Both the position numbers and the translations under genes were made by a program. Of a DNA stretch of 64,000 nucleotides, positions 9,538 through 19,742 are shown piece after piece (the first letter of the stretch is position 1; the number at the start of each line of letters is the position of its first letter). The DNA lies in contig JAYPVM010000001.1 of the NCBI GenBank assembly GCA_038134595.1, forward strand, positions 32,001 to 96,000, written 5' to 3'. This stretch comes from Pseudomonadota bacterium. Lineage in GTDB: Bacteria; Bdellovibrionota_C; UBA2361; OMII01. The notes beneath the pieces were generated by a model. The model saw only the letters and a list, made by a program, of their open reading frames with translations, was not told the origin of the DNA and did not search any database.

Positions 9538-9728
9538 GATTCCCCTCCCTATTCGAACGTTGGGACCACTTACCCTCTCAATGATAAGGCAGCTCAGCTT
9601 AGGTTGCCAATCTATTTTTAGGACCTACAGACTTCATGCATCGCTACGAGGCCCTAAAAACACCTTAGACTATCGCTCCGATTTGACCTATCGTTAGAAC
9701 CAGAACAAGTTAAATCGGAAAATCCCCT

Positions 9729-10655
9729 ATGCGCTTACATTCAATCCTCGAAGCTATCGGAAACACGCCTCACCTAAGACTGAACAAGCTCTTTGGAGAA
9801 ACGCATTCCATCTGGATGAAACTAGAGAGAACAAATCCTGCCGGAAGCATTAAGGATAGGATAGCCCTTGCGATGATAGAGGATGCTGAGAGTCGTGGGG
9901 CATTAAAAGCCGGGGGCGTTATCATAGAACCTACTTCAGGAAACACCGGCGTTGCACTTGCAATGATAGCGGCGGTCAAAGGTTACAGAGCGATAATTGT
10001 TATGCCTGAGTCGATGTCGGTTGAGCGTAGGACTTTAATCAAAGGGTTCGGCGCAACGCTGGTTCTTACGCCACGTGAATTGGGAATGAAGGGTGCTATC
10101 GAAAAAGCGCTCGAGCTTGCGGCATTGACTCCTAACGCATGGATCCCACAACAATTTGAAAACCCCGCAAATCCACGTGTTCACGAGGAGACTACAGCAA
10201 ACGAGATCCGCGCCGATTTTCCTGAAGGGATAGATTACCTCATCACAGGTATCGGAACCGGTGGGCACATCACGGGATGTGCCCGTGTTCTTAAAGAATA
10301 CATGCCGAACCTTACCGTCATCGGTGTGGAGCCCGCAGCATCTCCGGTTCTAAGCGGAGGAGATCCTTCACCACACCCTATTCAAGGAATCGGTGCGGGA
10401 TTCATTCCGACAAACTGCGACACGGCAATAATAGACAGCTTTATCACTGTAACAAACGAGGACGCCTTTCACTATGCACAGCAGGCGATGCAGAAAGAAG
10501 GGCTTTGTATCGGCATCTCCTCTGGAGCATCCCTAGCAGCTGTAGCTAAGGCGCTTCCAACTATTCCCGAAGGGAGCACTGTGCTCACTTTTTGTTACGA
10601 CACGGGCGAACGGTATGTTTCCAACACCAATTTATTTCCTTCTGATCAAGCGTAA
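9729..10655 (+). CDS. cysK: cysteine synthase A (O-acetylserine sulfhydrylase)
   Basis: [50 protein letters not shown]. Confidence 0.96.
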   Translation: MRLHSILEAIGNTPHLRLNKLFGETHSIWMKLERTNPAGSIKDRIALAMIEDAESRGALKAGGVIIEPTSGNTGVALAMIAAVKGYRAIIVMPESMSVERRTLIKGFGATLVLTPRELGMKGAIEKALELAALTPNAWIPQQFENPANPRVHEETTANEIRADFPEGIDYLITGIGTGGHITGCARVLKEYMPNLTVIGVEPAASPVLSGGDPSPHPIQGIGAGFIPTNCDTAIIDSFITVTNEDAFHYAQQAMQKEGLCIGISSGASLAAVAKALPTIPEGSTVLTFCYDTGERYVSNTNLFPSDQA

Positions 10656-11377
10656 TGATTGACGAAACAACCGTTCTCATCGGCGTCGGCCTTCTTGTCG
10701 GCTTTGTCAAAACCGGACTTCCCGCAGGAGGAATTTTTGTTCCTGTGCTCATGGCACTTGCCTTTCCGGCACGCGCTTCTGTGGCAATTCTACTACCGTA
10801 TTTGATCGTTGGAGATGTAATCGCAGTCTGTCTCTATCGAAAAAAAGCAAATCTTCGAGAGGTCAAAAGAGTTTTTCCTTGGATCTTTGTAGGTATTCTT
10901 ATGGGTGTCTGCATACTTGGCATTGTCAACGAACAGCTCTTCAAGACGCTCTTTGGTGGATTAATACTAGCTCTAATCGCATTCGACTCAGCACGAAGTG
11001 CTCTTAGAAATACAACGTTTCCAACATGGGCGAAGCGATCTCTTGGAGTAAGCGCTGGTGTCGCAACAGCGCTGGCAAATGCTGCGGGACCGCTCATGGC
11101 GGTATATCTACTTATCATGAAACTGGATAAACATGCATTCATGGGCACTACAGCGGTGCTCTTTTGCATAGTAAATATATCAAAGGTTCCATTCTATGCT
11201 TCTCTTGGATTGTTCCAGCTTCAGTACGTGCTTCTTTGGCTCGTGAGCATCCCAGTCATTCTTATCGGTGCATTTCTAGGGAAGCTCTTCGTTGATAAAA
11301 TATCTCAACGCACATTTTCTCTCCTGATCCGCGTACTTACTGTGGTGGCTGGGGGTATCCTGCTAGGGCTCATATAA
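10655..11377 (+). CDS. TauE/SafE-family sulfite exporter-like membrane protein
   Basis: About 8 hydrophobic helices, KTGLPAGG, ANAAGP, NISKVPFY; translationally coupled to cysK (TAATG). Confidence 0.82.
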   Translation: MIDETTVLIGVGLLVGFVKTGLPAGGIFVPVLMALAFPARASVAILLPYLIVGDVIAVCLYRKKANLREVKRVFPWIFVGILMGVCILGIVNEQLFKTLFGGLILALIAFDSARSALRNTTFPTWAKRSLGVSAGVATALANAAGPLMAVYLLIMKLDKHAFMGTTAVLFCIVNISKVPFYASLGLFQLQYVLLWLVSIPVILIGAFLGKLFVDKISQRTFSLLIRVLTVVAGGILLGLI

Positions 11378-11470
11378 GGGCACAAAACATTAGCTAGTCT
11401 ATATCGTGTGTTTACGGTACCTTCTGTAGAGTAGCTTACAAACATCTTCTTACTGAAGAGAGAGAACACA

Positions 11471-11758
11471 ATGATTAAAGGCTTTCTTTTAACCCTATTG
11501 ATAACGGTGTCAACTGGATGCCTGTACTCAAATGTGCGTTTTCCGCTTGATAAAGATCTCTGGAAGACTGAACTTGGCACAAAAGTGGGCGTATCCTCAA
11601 ACCACTCCGTTGCTTGGCTAGTAGCTTGGGGGGATGCTGGTGTTGAAGCCGCTGCGAAAAATGGCGACATTCAAACTATCAATCATATGGACATGGGTAT
11701 AGAGAGCTACGTCTTTGGGCTCTATACTCGCAGAGATACAATCGTATATGGAGAGTAA
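11471..11758 (+). CDS. TRL-like family lipoprotein
   Basis: Lipobox STGC; LVAWGDAGVEAAAKNGDI..I.H.D, T.VYGE ending. Confidence 0.8.
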   Translation: MIKGFLLTLLITVSTGCLYSNVRFPLDKDLWKTELGTKVGVSSNHSVAWLVAWGDAGVEAAAKNGDIQTINHMDMGIESYVFGLYTRRDTIVYGE

Positions 11759-12101
11759 GTGCTCGCGAGCTATTGCTCTTGCGGCTTGCGTTTTCTTAAT
11801 CTCAATTCTTATTAGTGGGTGCGGAATGCTGCCTCGAGGACTTCTTTACACTGACATCACCGAACCGCTTTGCGTTGACGCTCGCGGAACTCCGCTTGGT
11901 CGAAGTAGTGCTGTCGGAAACTCAAAGCGCATAAAAATCCCCACCACACAGGTAGACCTCTCTGCTGAGTGGGATACGAGAGCAATCGGTGATATCGCAA
12001 AACGGCACAACCTTTCAGTGGTATATAGTTGTGATGCCAGGCGTCGCTCGTATGTGTTCGGCATCTGGCAAAGTGATGAGGTTATCATCTACGGTGAGTA
12101 G
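11748..12101 (+). CDS. TRL-like family lipoprotein (second paralog)
   Basis: Lipobox ISGC; SYVFG and IYGE ending shared with the upstream gene; ATG 11748 preferred over TTG 11715. Confidence 0.72.
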   Translation: MESKCSRAIALAACVFLISILISGCGMLPRGLLYTDITEPLCVDARGTPLGRSSAVGNSKRIKIPTTQVDLSAEWDTRAIGDIAKRHNLSVVYSCDARRRSYVFGIWQSDEVIIYGE

Positions 12102-12104
12102 TAA

Positions 12105-13718
12105 CTAACGCTCATCACTCCAACCGTGTAAAAGCGCATCTCGTACGTTCGATCGCCGCCACGTCGATGTGTCTAAGGGGTTGCCGGATTGATCTAATGG
12201 AACTCCCAAAAAAGTCCCGCCCGGCTCGTGCACTATCTTCAATCGCACCGCCGAGTGTGGCAAAGTGGCAACGTCCTCAACCAGCTCTTCTGATGGAGCA
12301 GAATACATCGTGGCACTTTGATGAGCCGGATCAACAAACAGAAGCGCCTCCGCTCTCTCCACCTCCTCTAATGTAAAGTGCCTCTCTACATAGCCAATAT
12401 CGATACCGTTTTGTTGGAAATCTCTATTAGCCAATATCCAAGCATGAAAAGGAATAGTAGTCGGAACACCTTCTATGGCGTACTGCTTGACTATCTGGAA
12501 GGCTTGAAACAGTGCATCTCTTCGAGTGGGAGCATGCACAATTACTTTACTGATAAGAGAATCGTAAAATGGCGGAATGGAATCCCCAACTCGGTACCCA
12601 CACTCCTCCCGCATCGGTATCTTTTCAGGCCTCGACCATGCAGTAATGGTTCCAAGAGATGGGCGAAATCCTTCACGTGTGTCTTCGGCGTTTATCCGCA
12701 ACTCAATAGAGTGGCCTGAAAACACGACGTTTTCCTGCTTTATCGGAAGTGCTTCTCCCATTGCAACATGCAATTGAAGTTTCACAAGATCAACTCCAGT
12801 TATCATCTCTGTTGCAGGATGCTCGACCTGAATTCGTGTGTTAATCTCTAAGAAAAAAAACTCCTCGCCCTGAACCAAAAATTCAGCCGTGCCCGCATTG
12901 TAATATCCAACACTCTGCGCTGCCGCGACCGCTGCCTGATGGATTTTTTCTCGAGTCTCATCGGAAAGAAATGGAGCTGGCGCTTCTTCTAATAGTTTTT
13001 GATGTCGCCTCTGACTTGAGCAGTCTCGGGTGCCAAAATGAATGACTGCTCCTTGAGTATCGCCAAAGAGCTGGACTTCTACGTGTCTCGGTCGTTCAAC
13101 AAACCGCTCCAGATACACATCACTACTACCAAAGTTCTTTTGTGCTTCATCACGAGCGAGTGGAAGCGCCGCTTCAAGCTCCTGTTTTGAGCGAACAATC
13201 CGCATGCCTCGCCCACCACCACCAGCAGCAGCTTTGACGATAACGGGAAAGCCAACCGTATCGACTGCTGTTACTAAGCCTTCATCAGAAAGCCCACCAT
13301 CGGTACCGGGAGTGATAGGTACTCCTACAGCCGCCACGGTCGCCCGCGCGGTGGTCTTAACACCCAAAGCCCGGATGCTTTCCGGAGAGGGACCTACGAA
13401 GATAAGACCTGCATCAAGCACAGCTTGTGCAAAGTCGGGGTCTTCCGAGAGAAATCCGTATCCAGGATGCACTGCCGAACATCCGCGAGACACCGCTTCT
13501 TGTACTATCCTTTCGCTGTTAAGGTACGAATCTCGGGCCGGTCCTTGGCCGACAACCACAATTTCATCCGCCTCAGTGGCTGCCCACGAATCACTATCAG
13601 CTTCCGACACCACTAAAACAGTTGTTATTTCAAGCTCTTGGCAGGCTCGAATTATCCGTCGTGCAATCTCGCCACGATTTGCAATCAATAACTTTTTAAT
13701 CCTAGAATGATGTGACAT
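12105..13718 (-). CDS. accC: biotin carboxylase subunit (acetyl/propionyl-CoA carboxylase family) with C-terminal extension
   Basis: LIANRGEIA, HPGYGFLSE, GGGGRGMR, RDCSSQRRHQKLLEEAP, EINTRIQVEHP, ELRINAED, YDSLISK. Confidence 0.85.
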   Translation of the reverse strand: MSHHSRIKKLLIANRGEIARRIIRACQELEITTVLVVSEADSDSWAATEADEIVVVGQGPARDSYLNSERIVQEAVSRGCSAVHPGYGFLSEDPDFAQAVLDAGLIFVGPSPESIRALGVKTTARATVAAVGVPITPGTDGGLSDEGLVTAVDTVGFPVIVKAAAGGGGRGMRIVRSKQELEAALPLARDEAQKNFGSSDVYLERFVERPRHVEVQLFGDTQGAVIHFGTRDCSSQRRHQKLLEEAPAPFLSDETREKIHQAAVAAAQSVGYYNAGTAEFLVQGEEFFFLEINTRIQVEHPATEMITGVDLVKLQLHVAMGEALPIKQENVVFSGHSIELRINAEDTREGFRPSLGTITAWSRPEKIPMREECGYRVGDSIPPFYDSLISKVIVHAPTRRDALFQAFQIVKQYAIEGVPTTIPFHAWILANRDFQQNGIDIGYVERHFTLEEVERAEALLFVDPAHQSATMYSAPSEELVEDVATLPHSAVRLKIVHEPGGTFLGVPLDQSGNPLDTSTWRRSNVRDALLHGWSDER

Positions 13719-13763
13719 AACCAAGCGTTATCCAAACATAACCGTGAAATCTAATAGGCACTT

Positions 13764-14717
13764 ATGACTAATACTACCCCAGCTACCCCCTCTCATCACA
13801 AGGTTATTATTCTTGGCTCAGGTCCTGCAGGACTAACTGCGGCTATCTATACAGCTCGAGCTAGTCTATCTCCCCTACTCCTGCACGGGCCACTAGCAGG
13901 CGGACAGCTTACTACCACAACCGACGTTGAAAACTTTCCAGGTTTTCCAGAGGGTGTTATGGGGCCTGATCTGATGCAACAAATGGAGCAACAAGCCACT
14001 CGATTTGGCACTACTATTAAAGTAGACACCATCGTTGAAGCCGATGTAACGGCAAAACCGATATCGCTTCGCGGTCAGTCTGGCGCTTATACGTGCGACT
14101 CTCTCATCATAGCAACGGGAGCAGCACCTAAGTACATCGGAGCTCAAAACGAACGAGAACTCCTTGGCTACGGAGTATCAACATGTGCAACATGCGACGG
14201 AGCATTTTTTAGAGACAAGGTAATAGCTGTAGTTGGTGGCGGCGACTCTGCATGCGAAGAAGCATCCTTCCTCACGCGTTTTGCCAGCAAGCTTTACCTA
14301 ATCCACAGAAGAGATGCCCTACGGGCCTCGAAAATTATGCAAGATCGTGTACTGTCGAACCCTAAAATAGAGATGATTTGGAACAAGACTGTTTCTTCTG
14401 TTGAAGGTAGCAAGCAAGATGGTGTCACCGGTCTCGTTTTGACCGACACAACCTCAGGAGAGGAATCAACACTGGCAACAGATGCTCTCTTTGTTGCGAT
14501 CGGGCACACGCCAAATTCTTCGCTTTTTGAAGGACAACTCAAGATGGATGAAAATGGCTACCTCCTTCACGAACCAAACTCTGCTGCCACAACGACTCCA
14601 GGTGTGTTTGTCTGTGGCGATGTACAAGACCACGTATTTAGACAAGCTATTACAGCGGCGGGATCGGGTTGTATGGCAGCCATAGGCGCTGAACGCTGGT
14701 TAGAGGAACAGCACTAA
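13764..14717 (+). CDS. trxB: thioredoxin-disulfide reductase
   Basis: GSGPAG, GGQLTTTTDVENFPGF, CATCDG, GGGDSACEEA, FRQAITAAGSGC. Confidence 0.97.
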   Translation: MTNTTPATPSHHKVIILGSGPAGLTAAIYTARASLSPLLLHGPLAGGQLTTTTDVENFPGFPEGVMGPDLMQQMEQQATRFGTTIKVDTIVEADVTAKPISLRGQSGAYTCDSLIIATGAAPKYIGAQNERELLGYGVSTCATCDGAFFRDKVIAVVGGGDSACEEASFLTRFASKLYLIHRRDALRASKIMQDRVLSNPKIEMIWNKTVSSVEGSKQDGVTGLVLTDTTSGEESTLATDALFVAIGHTPNSSLFEGQLKMDENGYLLHEPNSAATTTPGVFVCGDVQDHVFRQAITAAGSGCMAAIGAERWLEEQH

Positions 14718-14847
14718 GATAGCTAAGAGAGAACGATTCTCTATTGTTATTAATGCCATTTTCTGTCGGTCGATTACCTTCGTGTTTTTTCGTACGAAGT
14801 ACTATCAATCGTCGGCTATCACAAACGTAAAAATTAGACTCGGAATA

Positions 14848-14874
14848 TCAAGCTTCTGTTCATTGCACCGATCC
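14848..14874 (+). promoter_or_regulatory. possible sigma28/FliA-type promoter
   Basis: TCAA-N15-ACCGATCC versus TAAA-N15-GCCGATAA consensus. Confidence 0.4.
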
Positions 14875-14911
14875 CTTTGCTTTGGAATATGTTTTCAATC
14901 AGAGGTTTGTT

Positions 14912-15103
14912 ATGGGCATAAACGTAGAGGCAGCAACTGGTCCATCGGCAATTTCATCGCGAGCGGGGGTGCGCCCTGCAGAGATCACACCAACTAAACC
15001 GCCCTCTGCCTATCTGACAAACGAGTCAACTCTTCCGAAGGCAAAAACTGCAATCGTAAACCGAAAGCCCGATACGAGAGGTCTCGTAGACAAGATAGCT
15101 TGA
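14912..15103 (+). CDS. small hypothetical protein (63 aa) ending GLVDKIA
   Basis: AGAGG SD-like sequence 6 nt before ATG 14912; fills an intergenic gap. Confidence 0.55.
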   Translation: MGINVEAATGPSAISSRAGVRPAEITPTKPPSAYLTNESTLPKAKTAIVNRKPDTRGLVDKIA

Positions 15104-15177
15104 AAACAAAGACTCCTAAGAGCTCTCCGCCGTTACCTCGAATTCGATACCCAGCGAATCATCATGAGCAAAAAAAG

Positions 15178-15921
15178 TCACAGCCATTGCGCCCCATAGG
15201 AAACGACATCTACTCCCTCCGAGAAATAGCATCTCATATCGTCACGTTCAGGTCGCACATTAATTCCATCAAGCATGGAAGAGTGCGACAAATCAACTTC
15301 AGCCGAGTGCTGCACCCAGGGAGCATGATGCACTTCCAAACGAAGAAGTCTTCCGAGATGGCGTGAATACAAACAATACCGCTCCGCTGACCAGTGCTCA
15401 AAAGACCCAGGTTGAGCATCAACGGCATTACCTATCGGTCGATAACGCGCCTCAAAACGGGCAGCTCCGAGGCACCGATTGCTCGTATATTCGAACCACT
15501 CGCCGCGTTTCTCACACGCCATAGAGGATTTGTAATACGGCAATCCGTACAGTGTCCGCGCGCCCAATACAAGAGACAGTGAGGTAGTGTCTAGACTAAA
15601 GAAAAACACTCCCGGCTTTTTTCCATCGGTAACGTAGGTACGAACATTGAGCTCCGGAAATGAGCGAAACATAGGAATGCACGGCACGTTTTTTGGCATC
15701 ATCTCAGCCATTCTAAAAGGCACTGTAGAGATCCAAGCCGACCCCTCAAACGTGTCTACCTGTAATTGCTGTGGCACTAATTTCTGCATTGCCGACACAG
15801 ATATCCGTTGGTGGATAAACAAAAGATCGAGCCACGACAACCTCCATAGCCACCGCCTATCTGGCAAGGGCCACGGTCGATGATCAATATAATCTAGAGC
15901 AGGATGGCGCAGCATATACAA
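15178..15921 (-). CDS. DUF2071/YqjF family protein
   Basis: W.DLLFIH, DTFEGSAWIS.VPFRM, FPELNVRTYV, PGVFFFSLD, ERYCLY, HHAPW. Confidence 0.88.
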   Translation of the reverse strand: MYMLRHPALDYIDHRPWPLPDRRWLWRLSWLDLLFIHQRISVSAMQKLVPQQLQVDTFEGSAWISTVPFRMAEMMPKNVPCIPMFRSFPELNVRTYVTDGKKPGVFFFSLDTTSLSLVLGARTLYGLPYYKSSMACEKRGEWFEYTSNRCLGAARFEARYRPIGNAVDAQPGSFEHWSAERYCLYSRHLGRLLRLEVHHAPWVQHSAEVDLSHSSMLDGINVRPERDDMRCYFSEGVDVVSYGAQWL

Positions 15922-16017
15922 TACGTAGTAATTCTGATTGAGGAGACGATTTTAGACTAAATATACACCGACAAGCTGGTCTCAACTACTCTCCGTTTAA
16001 ATCAGAGCGCTACACGT

Positions 16018-16539
16018 CTAGGAGCAGACCGCGTACGATGCTTGTAAGGTTGCAATTTTTCGTTTGAATCTTTTGCGTTGGGCTTTTTGCCTGTTTTTCA
16101 GGCTCTCCAAGCCGCGGGGAAAGGAAACCGAAAAAATAGCATCGAAAGCTTTGAGAAGCTTTTTCTTAGGCACACTCTGCACCTCGCAAGCCGACACCTC
16201 GTCGATATTGCAAGACGCATTTGACACATCAAGCTGTCCAAGCAAGGCTTTAATTCTACTCAGCGAGCGAGCTCCTCTTCGTAAAAATGTATCCGCAAAG
16301 TTTCTATCAGGGCGCCAAACTCCCCTATCCCGGAGCCTAACTGCTCTGTTAGAGATATTCGTAATCGTAGTTAAAGCCTGATTAAAAACATCGTCAATGG
16401 CAGATTGATCTACCGCTCCGCACTGAACCGCTTGAGCGCGCTGAACATCTTCCTGGGCATATACACAATGAGAAACTATCAACATAAGCACCATACAAAG
16501 AGTGCCCGTTATAACCCTTTTGAATGTGACAATGTTCAT
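16018..16539 (-). CDS. hypothetical exported protein, basic C-terminus
   Basis: Signal-peptide-like N-terminus, GGGGAG SD upstream, four Cys in the mature region. Confidence 0.6.
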   Translation of the reverse strand: MNIVTFKRVITGTLCMVLMLIVSHCVYAQEDVQRAQAVQCGAVDQSAIDDVFNQALTTITNISNRAVRLRDRGVWRPDRNFADTFLRRGARSLSRIKALLGQLDVSNASCNIDEVSACEVQSVPKKKLLKAFDAIFSVSFPRGLESLKNRQKAQRKRFKRKIATLQASYAVCS

Positions 16540-16761
16540 ATGCTCGCTCCCCCTCTCTTCACCGACTCTGACGACCTTATAACGCCCCTCATATTTAGAC
16601 TACCGTTTTTTTCGATTCTAACGAAACCATCTCTATTGCCCCCCTCTCGCTTTCATGATGCCAATCAGCACTTGCGATGTCGTATCAGTCGCCACTGGAG
16701 ATAATATGTTGCAAGCTGTGTGTATGTGCGGTATCCAACTAGCAAAACTGGAATAAACACC

Positions 16762-17130
16762 ATGAAATTCTTACCGTATTTTGCCCAAATCTTCGTTGCC
16801 CTCACAGTTATCAGCGTCTGGACAATTCGATTCAATCGGGCCACGAGATGGAGAGGTGGAAACGCCAAGAACATGTGTGAGGAGTTTTCCGTCTACGGAC
16901 TCTCCGCTGGGTTACGAAAAGCCGTTTGCTGCCTAAAGCTTTCGGGGAGCCTATTACTTCTCGTCGGCCTCTGGTGCGATCAGTGTGCGTTTTGGGGTGC
17001 GGCACTACTAAGCATTCTTATGGTTAGCGCCGTAGCCATGCATGTTAAAGTCAGAGACCCAATACGCAAATCACTACCAGCTTCAGTAATTTTTATTTTA
17101 TGCCTGTATCTGATATCGGTTTATCAATAA
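16762..17130 (+). CDS. DoxX-like membrane protein
   Basis: RGGNAKNM.EEF.VYGL, LM..A..MH.KV.DP..KSLPA; four TM helices; ATG 16762 preferred. Confidence 0.82.
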   Translation: MKFLPYFAQIFVALTVISVWTIRFNRATRWRGGNAKNMCEEFSVYGLSAGLRKAVCCLKLSGSLLLLVGLWCDQCAFWGAALLSILMVSAVAMHVKVRDPIRKSLPASVIFILCLYLISVYQ

Positions 17131-17213
17131 GCTTGTGTGGGGCTTATCAGACTTGCATGGCGCTTTTCGGGCCGCTGATGGTCTCAATGCAAAAAACCGT
17201 CTGAAAAAAATAT

Positions 17214-17564
17214 CTATTCTTCTAATTTTTTCCGCTGCTCATCCCCAAAACCTACAAACTGCGTATCCTCAGATATAACAAAGGGGCGTTTCACGAGCAT
17301 ACCTTCACCATGAAGAACTGTAATCGCATCAGCAACACTCATGTCCTTTATTTTATCTTTATATCCCCCCTCTCGATACAACTTACCCGAGGTGTTAAAC
17401 AGTTTTCTTAGGTCGCCACCCATGGCTAGGTACATTTTCTTTAGCTCTGATTTAGTCGGTGCTTTTTCGGATATATCAATCGCCTGATAACTTGTCTTTT
17501 TGCTATCTAGGTACTTAAGTGCCTGCCTGCACGTACTGCATTTGGGATAAAAATAAACTTTCAT
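17214..17564 (-). CDS. ArsC/Spx family protein
   Basis: YPKCSTCR, LFNTSGKLYRE, GMLVKRPF. Confidence 0.9.
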   Translation of the reverse strand: MKVYFYPKCSTCRQALKYLDSKKTSYQAIDISEKAPTKSELKKMYLAMGGDLRKLFNTSGKLYREGGYKDKIKDMSVADAITVLHGEGMLVKRPFVISEDTQFVGFGDEQRKKLEE

Positions 17565-17727
17565 CGATTATTTTCTTTTATAAATTCTAACGCCTGGCAC
17601 CATCAACTTACACCACATCGCCAGACTGAAACAGTCCTCAGCAACAAAATAGCTCGCTAATACAATACAGAGGCCGTGCTCTCAGCTGTCGAATCTCATG
17701 AGATGCGATGCTTTATTTTCTAGTTCT

Positions 17728-18090
17728 CTAAGCAGAAACTATGTCCTGTTCGAGTGAACCAACAGCTGTCAACATCGCTTGAACATCGGCATCTTCCATT
17801 CCCGCCTCCTGCAGCGATTCTCGGAGAGCTATCGCTACGAGTGCAAAGGCCTCTTTTGAGACCTTAAGATGCGCATGAGCATCTTTTAGCGAACGGCCCT
17901 CATAAAACGTAGTAGGTGCACCCATAGCCTCCGCGATAAAGTTAACCTGATGTTCAGTCAACTTCTGCATATCGATCCCATCAAAATACGGACGCAGTTC
18001 TGGAACGGCGAGCACCTTGCGGTAAAAAGAATTTACTATCGGAACGGTTGTTACAATCCCTCCGTACTTATCAAACAGTGATTGGTCCAT
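17728..18090 (-). CDS. group I truncated hemoglobin
   Basis: LFDKYGG, FY.KVL, L.PYF, HQVNF, YEGRSL..AH (proximal His). Confidence 0.9.
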   Translation of the reverse strand: MDQSLFDKYGGIVTTVPIVNSFYRKVLAVPELRPYFDGIDMQKLTEHQVNFIAEAMGAPTTFYEGRSLKDAHAHLKVSKEAFALVAIALRESLQEAGMEDADVQAMLTAVGSLEQDIVSA

Positions 18091-18194
18091 TGCTTCTCCC
18101 TTTTTAAGGGCGCACTTTAAACGATAGTACCCGATACGGCTTCCGGCTGGTGTCCACCTAATTTAGTAGTCGACGGACAGAAGAAGCGCATCGC

Positions 18195-19730
18195 TCAAGG
18201 CTTAAGAAATTGCAGCGTCTTTTTAAGACGACTATACAATACCTTTAGAAACACGAAAACACTTAGTTCATGACGACCCGAGCCGTTATTTCTTGAGATC
18301 GAGAAATCGATTTCTTCTTGTATATCTGCACCCGCTACATTTCCTCCATTACTAAAACTATTTTCGTTGAATGCACTAAGCCTACCCTCGAACTCTTGCG
18401 TTCTTTGTGCAATCTCGGCCCGTATATTGAAATTAGATACCTCCTGCTTAACCTTCTCGATAGCCTCAAACAAACTCTGGGAGGCTGCTCGAACTCTCTC
18501 ACAGGACAATCCACTTACATCCCTCTGATGGCGGTCGGACATCTCCCGCAATGCTTCCGCCAAGCAAATTAGGTGCTCTACCTCACTAAGTTCCTGATTA
18601 TCCCGTATACCCTGGCTTCTCTCGAGATACGCAACAAGCAATCGCTCAAAGGCCTCAAGATCTGCTTCCTTGGGACATACGATCTCATCGAATTGCCAGT
18701 TACGAATCGAATGCATCGTAGTAGACCAACTCTCAAGCTTTTCATGCACTCCCACGCTATTGTCTTCTGCCTTCACGCACGTATCGCCTATCAAGAACGT
18801 ATGGAGCACGTGGCTTCCCATAGGATTATCTCTTAGAGTAGAAAGGCCATCGGTAACTAACATCACATCAATACGGCGGGACTTAGGCCAAGTATCGAGG
18901 TCCGTAGCGGTAAACTCCAATGCCTCCTGAAGCTTCGTTGTCCCTATGTTTTCAAAGCCCATCAGCTCACGAGCTAGCGGCGCGAGCTCTTCTGCACTGT
19001 GTTTTGAACTAAGATTGCCTACCTCTGAATTAAATGGTCGAACATGCATCTCCGCGCCACGCTCCAAGGCATTGATGAGAAAAGCGAGGCCCAAGCCACG
19101 CGCCACAGCATTTCTCACATCCGGCTTGTATTCACCCTCTGGTATAGCTCCGTTCATAGATTGAGAGGTATCAAGAACTAGATACGCTCTTAATTCACTA
19201 TGAGCTGTACTACCAAAATCTTCGCTGTCGCTCTGGGAGCGCTCATCTGGCAGTTCCTCAGTGCGGCTGGAACTCGGGTGAAGCATCGCGCGCTTCGATA
19301 GATTGCCATTGACTAATTGATACAACAGAACATCATCTGGATAGCAACGCTGGTAGGGCAAAACAAATGGCAGATCGAAGACCCCTGCTCTGCCGATATC
19401 CATTCTCTCGGAAGGTGCGTTTGACTTATGATGACTGGAGCCCTCTGGGAGTATATGAGTCACACCGGCATTATTATCATTCTGTACCACACCATCGCCT
19501 ACGCCCTTTTCTTGCGTGGTCGGCAACTTGATCTCCTCTACTACTCCCATCAACGATCGTGCTGCCAAGAAATATGCGAGTGCTTTTGGCGAAACTTCAG
19601 ATAAGCTTACACCATAGCAATCCACAAAGTCGGGCAATGGCAACCGCGCGGAACATTTTGGAAGTGCCGTATTGACCAAATCTTTTCTCTCAGCGTTATG
19701 CGAGCGCCCGGAGGGAAATTCGTATTGCAC
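18195..19730 (-). CDS. von Willebrand factor A (VWA) domain protein, ViaA-like partner of the AAA+ ATPase
   Basis: MIDAS DTSQS (YLVLDTSQSM), GTTKL, MLVTDG; 12 nt downstream of the AAA+ gene. Confidence 0.75.
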   Translation of the reverse strand: MQYEFPSGRSHNAERKDLVNTALPKCSARLPLPDFVDCYGVSLSEVSPKALAYFLAARSLMGVVEEIKLPTTQEKGVGDGVVQNDNNAGVTHILPEGSSHHKSNAPSERMDIGRAGVFDLPFVLPYQRCYPDDVLLYQLVNGNLSKRAMLHPSSSRTEELPDERSQSDSEDFGSTAHSELRAYLVLDTSQSMNGAIPEGEYKPDVRNAVARGLGLAFLINALERGAEMHVRPFNSEVGNLSSKHSAEELAPLARELMGFENIGTTKLQEALEFTATDLDTWPKSRRIDVMLVTDGLSTLRDNPMGSHVLHTFLIGDTCVKAEDNSVGVHEKLESWSTTMHSIRNWQFDEIVCPKEADLEAFERLLVAYLERSQGIRDNQELSEVEHLICLAEALREMSDRHQRDVSGLSCERVRAASQSLFEAIEKVKQEVSNFNIRAEIAQRTQEFEGRLSAFNENSFSNGGNVAGADIQEEIDFSISRNNGSGRHELSVFVFLKVLYSRLKKTLQFLKP

Positions 19731-19742
19731 GCCGCCTCCCTC

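Noticed and set aside
9538..9728. Cys-rich leader peptide upstream of cysK
   Set aside because: The short ORF from ATG 9581 contains a single Cys and no run of Cys codons
16649..16664. sigma54 promoter (minus strand TGGCATCATGAAAGC)
   Set aside because: GG-N10-GC spacing is right but the -12 element is AAGC rather than TTGC; too weak to call
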